A DNA stretch of 64,000 nucleotides from positions 193,378,001 to 193,442,000 of the forward strand of contig OZ024742.1 of assembly GCA_964016885.1 (NCBI GenBank), read 5' to 3'. Below the pieces are notes generated by a model. It worked only from the letters and a program-made list of their open reading frames with translations. It was not told where the DNA came from and searched no databases. Shown here in pieces: positions 52,561 through 64,000 of the stretch; the stretch's first letter is position 1; the number at the start of each line of letters is the position of its first letter. Both the position numbers and the translations under genes were made by a program. Origin of the DNA: Eledone cirrhosa. Its lineage: Eukaryota.

Positions 52561-52880
52561 CTTGCTGTTGTAGTTACAGCTTACACCTATGTGAATTTAG
52601 ATGGCATCATAGAAGGTTGTCTCTCGTAGGAGGTATTTGAGGTGTGTTAATGATACGTGCCTCAGACCGATCTTGCTGTTGTAGTCATAGCTCATACCTA
52701 TGTTAGTTTAGCTGGCGTCAAATGCGATGCAATCTCATAATTGTTTTCAGGGGTGTACTTATTAATGATACAGAATCTTGATATGTATGCCGGACCTGTC
52801 TTTGTGCTGTAGTTACACCTATGTAATCTTAGCTGGCGTTCTACGAGGCTGCATCGCATAAGTTCTTTCCAGTATATAGC
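52561..52880. repeat. Three diverged tandem 111-128-bp units
   Basis: ctt..tgtagt..acctatgt...ttag.tggc.t at 52561, 52672 and 52800. Confidence 0.75.
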
Positions 52881-53642
52881 ACAGTCCTATTGTGTAACGT
52901 CATTAGTCCTTTACAATGTATAACTCCTGTAGCTCCTGTCGCTGGTAGATATTCGTTTTAAAGGATTGAAGTAGAACAACTTGAAATAAAATATCTTGCT
53001 GAAGGACATAACGTATAGTCTGGTCCAGGATTTGAACCCACAATCATATGATTCTGTCCAACATCCTCACATATAGAGAATGTACATTCACATGTAACAT
53101 AATTTTACAGATATTTTTTCCTCTTTTACTAATGACAATAAAACACATTTTTTTTCAGACCTCAGATGCTGTTTCTTTATTTTTTTTTTATTTTACAATC
53201 TCTTCAACCGTCATATTACATTATATTTGTTTTCGTAAATCCGTATTAGTACAAAATGCAATTAACTGTTCCATCGAGAATCAACAGAAAAGCCGGAGCC
53301 AATGTAGATTACGTTAATGAAAGAGTAGATGGTGGTATTGATGCAACTATCCCAGGAAAATACACAAACACACGCATGAAAAGTATAGCATGATAGAAAT
53401 AGAGAAAGGGAGAGAAAGAGAGATGGATAAAGAGAGAGAGAGAGATAGAGATAGAGAGAGAGAGGAAGGGGGAGACAGAGAGGAAGATAGGGAAAGGGAG
53501 AGGGGAAAACCAAATGAGTAAGTCGGTATTTTTCTCTTCAGTATCAACGTTGACAAAATAAAAAATCAGAAAAACAGAACGGAACAATGCAAAATAATAT
53601 TCGGATTGAGTGATATGAAAATTAATTATATACATAAGTGCA

Positions 53643-53685
<43 letters not shown>

Positions 53686-54124
53686 CGTGCGTGTGTATGT
53701 GTGTGTGTGCGTGCGTGTGTGTGTATATATACATATAGATGTGTCATTCCCGCGTAGAGTGTATGATTTGAATACATTAGTATCAGGAATGTAATTACAC
53801 CACATATGATATTGTAGTGAGTAGTGACACAATCATTTTTACATCTTTTACATTAGACTGTGCGAATAACAATATGACAGGATTATACATGAGAGATTAT
53901 TTATTGACCCGTTAATGAATTCTATCTTTCTATAACACTTATTATAGTATCCAACACATATAATTATAATGGTAACTGACTTAAATTCCAATGGCGATTG
54001 TAGTCATTAATCTATATTTAAAATTCTTCAAAAAATGAAAAAATCAGTAGAGTTGTTAAGGTTGGATAATATTTGAAATCTTAATGTAAACACACGCACA
54101 TACAATCTCACACGCACACTCTTG

Positions 54125-54211
<87 letters not shown>

Positions 54212-54219
<8 letters not shown>

Positions 54220-54395
54220 TAAAATAACAGATTCAAGTTTAAGCAAAGAATCGTAGGGTGAAAGCAGCGATTCTTTGCTTAAACTTTAATCTGTTATTTT
54301 AATAAATATTTTCTCTACGGTTCTTATATATTTGATATATATCTATCCTTATCGAGCCCTCTTTGGATTTTAGTCTTCAAATTTATTATTATTAG

Positions 54396-54396
<1 letters not shown>
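54212..54396. mobile_element. Short fold-back element (arms 54212-54253 / 54268-54309 plus right tail), probable 3' half of an HHR
   Basis: 42-bp inverted repeat between (TA)n tracts; GAAA-gca gcgattctt tgc-TT spans the loop and right arm. Confidence 0.7.
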
Positions 54397-54434
<38 letters not shown>

Positions 54435-54527
54435 ATGTTTTTAAAAGCTAAACAGAAACACCAACTCAATCGGTACAGTATATGGAAGGAATATATTAGG
54501 TTAACGCTTGAAATAGCAGGAAGAATG

Positions 54528-54563
54528 CCTTAACGTTTCGGACGCTATTCCTTCATCAGAAGA
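54528..54563 (-). ncRNA. Minimal type I hammerhead ribozyme, family 8 (within element 54440-54615)
   Basis: tctt-CTGATGA-a gga atagcg tcc-GAAA-cg-TT-aagg; palindromic AACGTT. Closely resembles 61097-61131. Confidence 0.8.
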
Positions 54564-55109
54564 AATAATGAGAAATTAGATAGATTGAAGGGACCGGCGT
54601 GGTGGAATTGGAAATATATATATATATATTAACATGTTTTCACAGGGAATATAAGTTGATTCGCCCGAAAACGACACCATTCAATTTCATTATTCAAGGA
54701 TTGTTGAAATAATGTACAACTACATTGGGTTTTAGAATTGGAAGTAGAATTCGTTCCGTGTCTCTGAGCATTAGGTTGAAGTGCTCACGAGCTCAACTTT
54801 GCCAAAACAATTTTGAGGTTGATGAGATGAATGCCAATCAAGAGCTGAAACAATGTTCACTACCCCACTTTATCCCTATTTCCCTCTGAAAAAAATCGGC
54901 TCTGTTCAAACGTGGAGAGATAATGCACTCCAATAGGTTTACAATATTCATGACACACTGCATGTTATTACGTTGCACCAACAATCCCTCAAGAATTACG
55001 TATCCGTAAATACATCATCATTCTAGGATTGATAATATGTGGTACAATTGAAGTATTGGATGAAAGAGTCGTTAGAGCATCGAATACCATATCTTGCAGT
55101 TTTTATTCT

Positions 55110-55372
55110 GGCTCTCTACACCTTTATTTTAAACCCTACCGATGTCAAATTTACTTTGTGGTATTCTTTTCTTTCAATTTGTGTTTTATGTTCAGCTTCA
55201 AGATGTTAACTGCACCGCCAGATAGATGTGATCTTCCGATATCTCTACACCCTGAGTTCAAACCCTGCCGATGTCAATTTTGTCTTTTTGAATCTGTTCT
55301 AGCACTTTGTGCTCTGTGTTTAGCTTAAATATTTCAACCGCACCGCCGTCCAGATCTGATCTTCGGAGACCC
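55110..55372. repeat. Diverged ~130-bp tandem duplication with a SINE-like B-box segment
   Basis: tctctacacc..aaaccct.ccgatgtcaa..gcaccgcc..agat.tgatcttc present twice. Confidence 0.7.
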
Positions 55373-56214
55373 AGCCTACCATTTGATACGAATGCAAAAG
55401 ATGGTAATAATTGCTGTCTGTTACAGCAATCGAATGATTATATGAAAGAAGTATATTCTACCTTTTTGAATAACAAACAAAGAAAAACAACTATAGTGCA
55501 ACTATATTGGAAATCATTATATTTCTAGTGAATCCGATTGAATAATTTTTTTTTTTAAATCTGTACTTTTTTCATTCTTTAAAATGAGAAAATATTCGTT
55601 ATGAAGTTATATCAGTTTATTGTATTTTCTATTCGCTAGTAATTAGACTATTATGTTATCAAGTGAATTATGTGTCTAAAACATATGTGGAAGCCAGGAA
55701 TCATGTGATGAGTTTTGATGAGACTGATTATATTTTTCGTTAAAAGTTCACAGCTAGTTGTTATCTTATCAGATACGCTAACAAACATAATGTGATTTAG
55801 TTTCCTCTCGAAGTTAAACGAAACCAGGAAACACAGTAATGTTATATAGGTGTGAATACATCTGCTAAAAAAGTAATTTTAACTACTTTAGATATTTTGT
55901 AGGTATCTTTAAAATATACTATATCAATATTTTATAATGTTTGTCCAAATCAAGTCAGTCCTTTCTTCTCAACAGATCGAAACAACCAAACACGAGAAGG
56001 GAATTTAGGGTAGCTGAATGTGAAAAAGAAAAACAACATGGAAGGGCATATGCATAACTGCGTGCTTAAGAAGTTAGCATCACAAACACGTGGTTTCAGA
56101 TTCATTCACTTTCGGCACGTATAGAATCGGGTTTAAGAGTAACCTTTGTAGACGACACATGTGAAGAAGCCAGTCGCATTATATATCCACACACACATAC
56201 ACACACACACACAT

Positions 56215-56297
<83 letters not shown>

Positions 56298-57977
56298 CAT
56301 GAGTTATTTGTTTATATGATTCGACAAAATGTATATCAAAATGGAAAAAAATAAGTATTGTGGTCTATGTGATCGACTAAATCCCTTCAATGTGCTGTTT
56401 CAACATGGCCAATATTGGTAGCATGAATGAGTTTCGACAAGAACACATTTGCTATGACGTACAACAGTGGTTTGGAACACACTGTTATTGCTACATTTCA
56501 AGGTATTCAAGTGAATCAATAGTTCTGGGAATGAATAGCTTACCAATTATTTCAAGTAGAAATATTAGAATCAATTACCGTTTCTCAGGAAGGAATCTCT
56601 ATTAGGGCGTAGAAATATATTAACATAGTCAATTTTCAACGAGATTTTTCCGGTTTAGCTTGTGATATATTTCCATCATTATACAATACATTATATAGTT
56701 ATTTAAACTACCTTGCTGGAATTATTATCGCCAATTGAAATAAAAAAAAAAACATAGACATGCCGAGAGCATTATCCGATGACTTGGCTGAGTCATCTGA
56801 ACTTTGGTGTATCTTTTCAGCGTATCATTTCTGCGTTCGTGATTAGATTACCAGTACAGGCGTGGTAGTTTTAAAAGAATTGTAAAACACCAGACTGGGT
56901 TCAATAACAATACTGTACTGAGTGTACTGAGTTCGAATCTAGCTTCCTTCAGCCACGATTTTAGATCGGCAGTATATTGTCAGCAACAGAAATAACAATG
57001 GAGACAGTTTCCATGGTCCGATCTGATATCAGCTCTTTTCTTCTTGAAGACAATACGATTGGCAGGTTGTATCAGCCATGGAGATACAAAATGCAAACAA
57101 TATTTTCCTGGTCCTCACTGATAATCAACTCCATTTTATATTGCGATTTTTTAATCCAGAAAATTAAACATTGAAACTGGTGACTTCAATAAGTACTTTA
57201 TATCATTCGTTTTTCAAGCAGGGTCATCAGTTCGATCTCAATGCGTGGCATCTTCAGCAAGTCCCATTTACTGTGGCCTCAGGAGATCCTGACAATTTCT
57301 AGCAAGTAGCATCTGGGTTAATCCACTAGTTGTTTTCGGAGGCGGAAGTCACCAGAGCAAATAAAGAACAGAAATGTAAATAAAAAAAAAAAAAGAAGAA
57401 GAAGAAGAAGAAGAGTCCGTTTCATTTTGATGAAAGAGAAGGGATAATAATCGTCGAAACCGATGCTGGTGCATTCCACACATTTTCCATTTTCTATTTA
57501 AAAAAGGACAATTCCACTCTTCCGTAAGCCCTTCTTTCATTTATGCACAATGCGGCATCTGTTGCAACAATATAGCAATGCTTGCTCGGTAGCTCTGTCA
57601 CTTTTCCCCGTCTCTTTATTTCTTCACAAAGCACTTCCACTCTCCGAAAGGTTGACGTCACCATTTCTGTTTCTTCATTTCAGCATACAAAATTAATAAT
57701 TTTGTACAGCAGATTGTTCCGATAGCAATTTTCTACTCACATATATTTTTTTATAGAAATACAGAAATCGTGCCAATAAATACAGACTATTTATCGAAAT
57801 TCTCTTCATATACTACATATCCATTATCTAAATAGCAAGATGTCGTGGACTATTATTCAATTTGTTGTAGTTAGGTGTACGTGCCAACACACATGTAAGC
57901 ATCAATGTTTTTAACAATTTACATTCGCTGACGGACACACGTAAATGTATATGCACACTCATTAAAGCAACAACACA

Positions 57978-58285
57978 TATATTGTTCTCGGTATGGTGAA
58001 CAAACTGTTGTGTTACTACATCAACCAAACTCGTCCCATGGACTGAGTGCTCTACCACTACGGATACTACCTTCCAGTGTTCTACCTCTATACACATCTC
58101 CAGCACCGGTCAGCAGATACTTTCATCACGTGAAAGTTTGGCTTCTAGGAGATTCTTCACCGCGTGTGAGTTTGGCTTTCTACCCTGTGAGCGCTCTCTA
58201 TATCCCCGTGTCCTACACAACTTTGTGCCTCACCAACGTAATAACAATTGTTCTCGATATGGTGAACTAACTGTTGTGTTACTAC

Positions 58286-58290
<5 letters not shown>
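57978..58290 (+). mobile_element. Direct-repeat (partial tandem) derivative of PLE family 3, period ~266 bp
   Basis: attgttctcg.tatggtgaac.aactgttgtgttactac at about 57981 and 58247. Matches the reverse complement of 6397-6505 and ends at the same base as 7346 before (TA)n. Confidence 0.82.
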
Positions 58291-58352
<62 letters not shown>

Positions 58353-58359
58353 TATATAA

Positions 58360-58895
58360 ATGAAGTAATTCCGTCGGAAAGGTCAAGGTAAAAGAGTGCT
58401 TTATGTAAGTTACAGAGCTTAATAGTTATGTAATAAACAACATAAGGTAATTATTTCATTTACCAGTTGTTTCTTGAAAGCAAACAAAATTTGCTTTCAA
58501 TCATCAGAATGAAAAAATCCTGGTGTATTTATTGACATTGGATTTTAAAAACAAAAATATAATCTATATGAAAGTGAGGCTGGAAAAGGAAGAAGGAAAG
58601 GAAAAAATAAATACACATGCACACACACACAGACACACACACACACACACATATATGTATATATGTGTGTGTATGTATATGTCTGTGTGTGTGTGTATGT
58701 GTGTGCATGTGTGTTTATTTTTCCTTTCCTACTTCCTTGTCCAGCCTCACTTTGATATAGATTATATTTTTGTTTTTAAAATCCAATGTCAATAAATACA
58801 CCAGGATTTTTTCATTCTGATAATTGAAAGCAAATTTTGTTTGCTTTCAAGAAACCACTGGTAAATGAAATGATTACCTTATGTTGTTTATTACA

Positions 58896-58902
<7 letters not shown>
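58360..58902. mobile_element. Fold-back HHR element, family 9 (arms ~58422-58650 / ~58680-58902 plus left tail)
   Basis: About 200-bp inverted repeat turning in a (CA)n/(TG)n core; (TA)n flanks. Confidence 0.88.
58454..58514 (-). ncRNA. Type I hammerhead ribozyme, family 9 (mirror 58810-58870 on + strand, core mutated to CTGATAA)
   Basis: tttcatt-CTGATGA-ttgaaagcaaa ttttg tttgctttcaa-GAAA-c(a/c)actgg-TA-aatgaaa. 7-bp stem I, 11-bp stem II. Confidence 0.85.
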
Positions 58903-58973
<71 letters not shown>

Positions 58974-59204
58974 GTAGGAGGTGAGTTTTATTGTAGAACA
59001 ATAAAACTATGCATATATCGGATAAGTAGCACTCAACAGTTCTGGAGTATATATAAGTATATATATGCATATAAGTATATATATATATATATATATAATA
59101 TATATATAATATATATATATATAAGTATGTATACGTACATACATATATGTATACAGACGTACAGTAGTATGTATATACATACATACAAGCACATACATAT
59201 ATAT

Positions 59205-59573
59205 GTACGTATGGGTTTACCGAATATTTATTATAATGCTCGGTTTGTTTGTAAACAAACAGCCCGAATATGTAGCCGTACAATGTTCGGCAACCATCGT
59301 TGCCCTTTGGTTCAACACTGACCAAGGAACGATGAACTTGTTTCTAGTTTATTAGCTGTCATCAGCACTGTTTACCATCCTCTCAGTCGATTGAACGTTT
59401 GAACGTACATATTACCTTATGCATATTATTATTAACGGCTGAGCAGCCTAATTTGCATATCGAGTGAGTTAGTCGGCTGGGTGAACCGAAAACGATAAAA
59501 GGAAAAATGAAATTTCGTTTCAAACTCTTAGTACGGCCGTACTAAGAGTGAGAAATGAAATTTCATTTTTTCC

Positions 59574-59579
<6 letters not shown>
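59205..59579 (-). mobile_element. Fold-back element (palindrome 59495-59579) with long left extension containing a weak minimal HHR (59332-59368)
   Basis: Perfect centre actcttagtacggccgtactaagagt; arm GAAA-tgaaatttca-TT. Second motif gtg-CTGATGA-cagctaataaacta-GAAA-caag-TT-cat. Confidence 0.62.
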
Positions 59580-59610
<31 letters not shown>

Positions 59611-61049
59611 TATATATGTGTGTGTCTGTGTGTGTGTGTGTGTGTGTATGGGTGTGTGTACCTGTGTTTTATATCATATATGCTTTCATATACACATTTA
59701 TTATGATTCTGTACCATGCTCTGTGTATGCTAGTGCTAATAGGACAAAGCATGGCGTCGGTGTATGTGTGTATGGGGGTGGGGGTGCACGTGTGTCTGTG
59801 ACAGTATGAGTGTGAATACATTCATGAGAATGATAAATATACTTGAAGGTGAAGATTCTAACAGAAACTTCCCAGTTTTCAGAGGGCTAATGAACTATAT
59901 TACATTAAAATCGAGGGTAGGCTGGCGTAATATCATTAGAACACATGTCTAAAGGGTAACCCTTTAGAACACTGATGTAGTTGAATCAACCATCGTGTTG
60001 GACCTTCTTTGTTTCTGATGACTAGTGTTACAGATATTTGAACAACAGAACAGCTTACTCGTGAAATTTACTTGCAAGTGGCTCGGCATTCAACTGTCAC
60101 ATATAGGCTTGACATAAATATCAGGGAGATTTAGCGTGGAACACAGTGTGACAAGACTGCTCTTTGAAATTACAAGTTCAATTTCCTTTCATCATCAGAG
60201 AGGACTGGAGCAACATGAAATAAACTGTATTACCCAAGAGCACAATGCACCACCGAGTGTCGAATGCTTTGCCTTAGGATCATGAACCGAACATCCTAAT
60301 CATTAAACTACTCACCTTGACATCTAAATCAGAATACTTTAGAAAACATGTGTAGCTGAATCACAATGAAGTAGATATCAAGTGTAGCCGAAATATTTCT
60401 CTTCAGAAATTTATCAATGAAACACTTATCCACAGAGCTCAAGTGATACTGAACATTTCTTTTTGGAAACCAGAAGTACTACTCCTTAGAACTTGACTTT
60501 AAGCAGGGAAACATTAATTTCAGTAATACACAAAAATCAGTGAAATCCTTCTTCTCATAATTCAACATTAACTGAAGTTCTCTCCTTTAGGAGATAGAGG
60601 ATATACATCGTATACATTTAGAGAATTTGAAGTGGGAGCCGTTGCTATATCGTGTAAAATTAATTGAAGAAAACCGGAATTACTCTCAACGATACACAAT
60701 ATTGTCTTGCCTTCATATGACTGCGGTGAATGAACATAACTTTATTTCGTTAGATCTATATAGGGAACGTTAATATAGGAGTTGCTGTTTATTATATGCA
60801 TTACCTGGTTAGTTAATTTTTCCATGTGTAAATACCCAGATTCGGATGGAAAAGCTCATCAATAAATGATCCAAGAGGAAGTATGATAAATTAATTGGAT
60901 GTAGTTATTGCGGAGTTGCTGCAACAACATTCCATCGTCAGAAGTAAGTTTAAAAGCTTAAATATCGATATTTCTGTCTACCCTTACGTATGGTTAGTGA
61001 TTGCAAAATACGATTGATCATGAAATAAAAAAAACAAACGACACGATAC

Positions 61050-64000
61050 GTTGAAGAAATATATTAGTTTAACATTTGAAAAAGCAGCCAATGAGACGTA
61101 AGGTTTCGGACACTAGTCCTTCAACAGAAGATATAGTTTGAAGTAGAAGATTAGTCCATTAAGTAGAGGTTGGAATTTGTTAATGGAGTACGTTTCTTTA
61201 TTGGTACGAAGGATGAAAGAAGCGTTGTCTATGAATTTGTAAATGTGGAACAGTTTAATGTTTGGATGTTGGTTAGGTGCACAATTGGCGATATGTTCAC
61301 TAAAAGCAATCTTTCTGTATGCCTGTATTTTGATTTGTGATCTATAGACGGGCATACGTTGTCGGAGGCTGTTTTTTGTTTGTGCTATGTAGTACTCTCG
61401 ACAACCTGAGCATGTCAAAACATAGATTAGGTTTTCAGATGCACATGTAAAGTTGTATTTAACTGTGAAATATTGTCTTGCTTGAAGTGGAATGTTGAAC
61501 AGTCTATTAGATGTATGCATATACCATAGTTGGGCCTTACGTATTTTTTTACTGTAGGAATTGCTGGATTTTGGCTTGGGTGGGGATGTTTTTTTATGGA
61601 TTTAGGTTCTCTTTTGCTCTTTATGATGTCTGTTTGAGGATTTTGTTCATTCTTGGATCTCTTTGGAAGTGGTTACCGTATTTGTCTAGAAATTTATGGT
61701 AGAAAGTGGTTTCCAAATATCCCATGACAAGGTTGGCGTATGAGGGGGCTACTTTCGTGCACATGGCAGTCCCAGGTTTCTGTCTGTAGTATTTGGCATC
61801 GAATTCGAAGAAGTTGTTTTCAAAGATGAATTTGAGGCCCTCCATCACAAATTCTTTAGGCGTGCGCTGTGGAAGTTCACTAGGGAAATGTTCAAGGTAG
61901 AATTGTATTTGCTCTATACCTAGGTTGTGTGGGATATTGATGACATCAAAGGTTAATAGTAGGGTAAGTTCATTAATAAGTGTTGTTGGAAGGTAGTTGA
62001 ACATGTCAAGGTCGTCCCTTATGAAGCTTTTTATGTGTTTTAGAAAAGGTTTAAGCAGAATATCTAGGAAGTAGCCTAGGCAGTGGATTTCACATGTGTT
62101 ACCTGCTATTATGGGTTTTAATTTAAGGTCATCAGCAGGGGGTGTATTGATGTAAATGTCTGTGGATTCATTGCAGGCCCTGCCTATTACTACGCTTTTG
62201 TGTGTCTTTGGGATACTGTAGAAAAGGCTGGTTTTGCTTTTGAAATTGGTGATGTGTAAAGGGCTGTTAGGGGTTTTAGGTTTTTCATTATTTCCTGTTG
62301 TGTGTAGTGTTGGGCCTTTTCGTAATATGTTTAGTTTTCTAGAGTTGAGAGTACTAGGGTCGTGTAGTAATCTGTCTTCATAAGGACTACTACACTCCCT
62401 TTATCCGCCTCTTTGATTGTTAGGGTGTTGTCGTTCTTTAGACTGTTAAGACCATTCCATTGTTTTTTGCCTAGATTTGGTATTTGTTTATGTCTGTGTA
62501 GGTGGTGGTATGGGTAATTAGTAATGTGTTTCCCAGAATTGATCGAGGAATTTCTTCTTGCCTTTTGGTGGGGTGTAGTTGCTTCTATGTATTCCTATTA
62601 AGTCATCCTCATTGTGTTTCTCGTATAGATTTCGGGGTAGTTTGTTCGTTGGGGATTTGGTGTAAATTTCCGACATTTGGAGAGTATGTTGATTTGGTCG
62701 GTTGTTAATTCTACAGGGATGAAATTAAGGAATTTTATTACATTTTGTGTCTCCTGTGTGTTTTGTGTTATCTCGTTACTCTGTGTTTGTGTGCTCTGTC
62801 TAAAAAATTACTACGGAAATTGTGGTGGTTGTTGAAGTTTGGATGTCTCTTAAAACTTTAAGAGACATCCAAACTATTGGCCCCTGCTGTTGTTGTTAGA
62901 GGGTGTGTAGCTGTGGTGGTTGTATCGTGTGTTTGTATTTAGCCCTGCTGATATTGTAGGGTGTGTAGATTTGATGCACGTTTTTATAGGGTGTGTAGTT
63001 GTGGTGGTTATTGAAGTTAGGTTGTATCGTATGGTTGTTGTAGAGTGTGTAGACTTGGTGGTAGTTTTAGTAGGATTGTCTTGTGTGGTTATATTGAGTC
63101 CTACTGTTGTTTTATGGTGTGTAGTTATGGTGGTTGTAGTGGTTTTGGTGTCTCGTGTGGTTGTATTGTCCCCTGCTGGTGTTATTATAGGATGTGGTTA
63201 GTGGAGGAGGGTAGATTAGGGTTTCCTTATAGTTGGTGTGTGGCATGTGTGGTAGTTGTGTATTTTGGGTTCTATGTTGAAAGTAATGATGATTGTGGTT
63301 TTGTTGTGTGGGGATGTTAGGGGTTTGTAAGGGTGGGGGGTTTCTATGGTATGTCCTGGTGGGAGAGAAGTTGTAGTGTCTATCTTGTAGCACATGTCTC
63401 TCTATTACTATATTTCTTGCTTGGGATTCCGTGTCGTAGTTATGTGATGTGTGTAGGGAGTAGCTGCGAGGTGATGCCTTCTGTTTTGAGTATGTGGGGA
63501 GGTATTGTTTTATTGTTGTTGGTGGTTGTTGTTTGGTGTTTGGGTGGTGATTGGGTTTTCTTGTTATTTTGGTTTTAATGAAGGGGTTCTTGGATGCGTG
63601 TTCTTTTTGAAAAAGTGTTTCATAGTTAGAGAATCAGGTTTCGTTTATTTCCCAACGTTGAATGTATTTTAATTCTTCCTTATTACAGTCCTTTAACCAT
63701 AGTTTTGAAATATTTTCTAGGTTGGTGTCTTTGGTTTTATTGACAATTGCTTGATTAATCTCATCGTCGATTGATTTGATCATATCTTCATTTGGCTGGG
63801 CTCTCAATTTAAGGAGTTCAATTTCGGTTTTTCTGTTATCAAGTGCCATTCTTTCCTTGAGGCGTCTTTGTGTCTCGGATTCGTTTGGGATGGATTTAAT
63901 TTGTAGTTTGCGGTGAAGGATTAATGGGGATGAGTTAATCCATTGTTCATACATCTCCGCTTTGTTATTATTTTGTATCTTCTTCCAAAAGGAGAATATC
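61050..64000 (-). mobile_element. Penelope-like element (N-terminal domain, RT, GIY-YIG), decayed and internally deleted, runs off the window
   Basis: IKEADKGSVVVL at about 62420-62385; YRQKPGTAMCTKVAPSYANLVMG in 62004..61621; NLIYVLTCSGCREYYIAQT..KFQPLLN in 61520..61113. Confidence 0.9.
61097..61131 (-). ncRNA. Decayed minimal hammerhead at the end of the PLE endonuclease ORF
   Basis: tctt-CTGTTGA-a gga ctagtg tcc-GAAA-cc-TT; a substituted version of the 54528-54563 motif. Confidence 0.65.

Overview
AT-rich, microsatellite-saturated eukaryotic DNA. The SINE families and repeat landscape look like an octopus/coleoid cephalopod genome (inferred, not verified). No host protein-coding gene can be called with confidence. 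Recognisable coding remnants are all retroelements: at least seven Penelope-like element (PLE; RT and/or GIY-YIG) fragments, three Dong/R4-type RLE LINEs, a near full-length Tx1/L1-clade LINE, a young RTE-clade LINE with an open 632-aa RT ORF, and a CRE-like RT fragment. There is also a non-autonomous Helitron with multiplied 5' ends and many tRNA-type SINEs. The main signal, invisible in the ORF track, is a non-coding system: over 20 type I hammerhead-ribozyme (HHR) motifs from roughly a dozen sequence-unrelated families. They sit in asymmetric fold-back (hairpin) insertions and tandem retrozyme-like arrays, almost always between (TA)n tracts. Several are physically joined to PLE GIY-YIG ends. 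Across families, the ends that abut (TA)n lie about 15-30 nt upstream of a shared (CC-N7-11-)YYGAGYRY box, a candidate cis signal fixing where reverse transcription starts. All structures were folded by eye.
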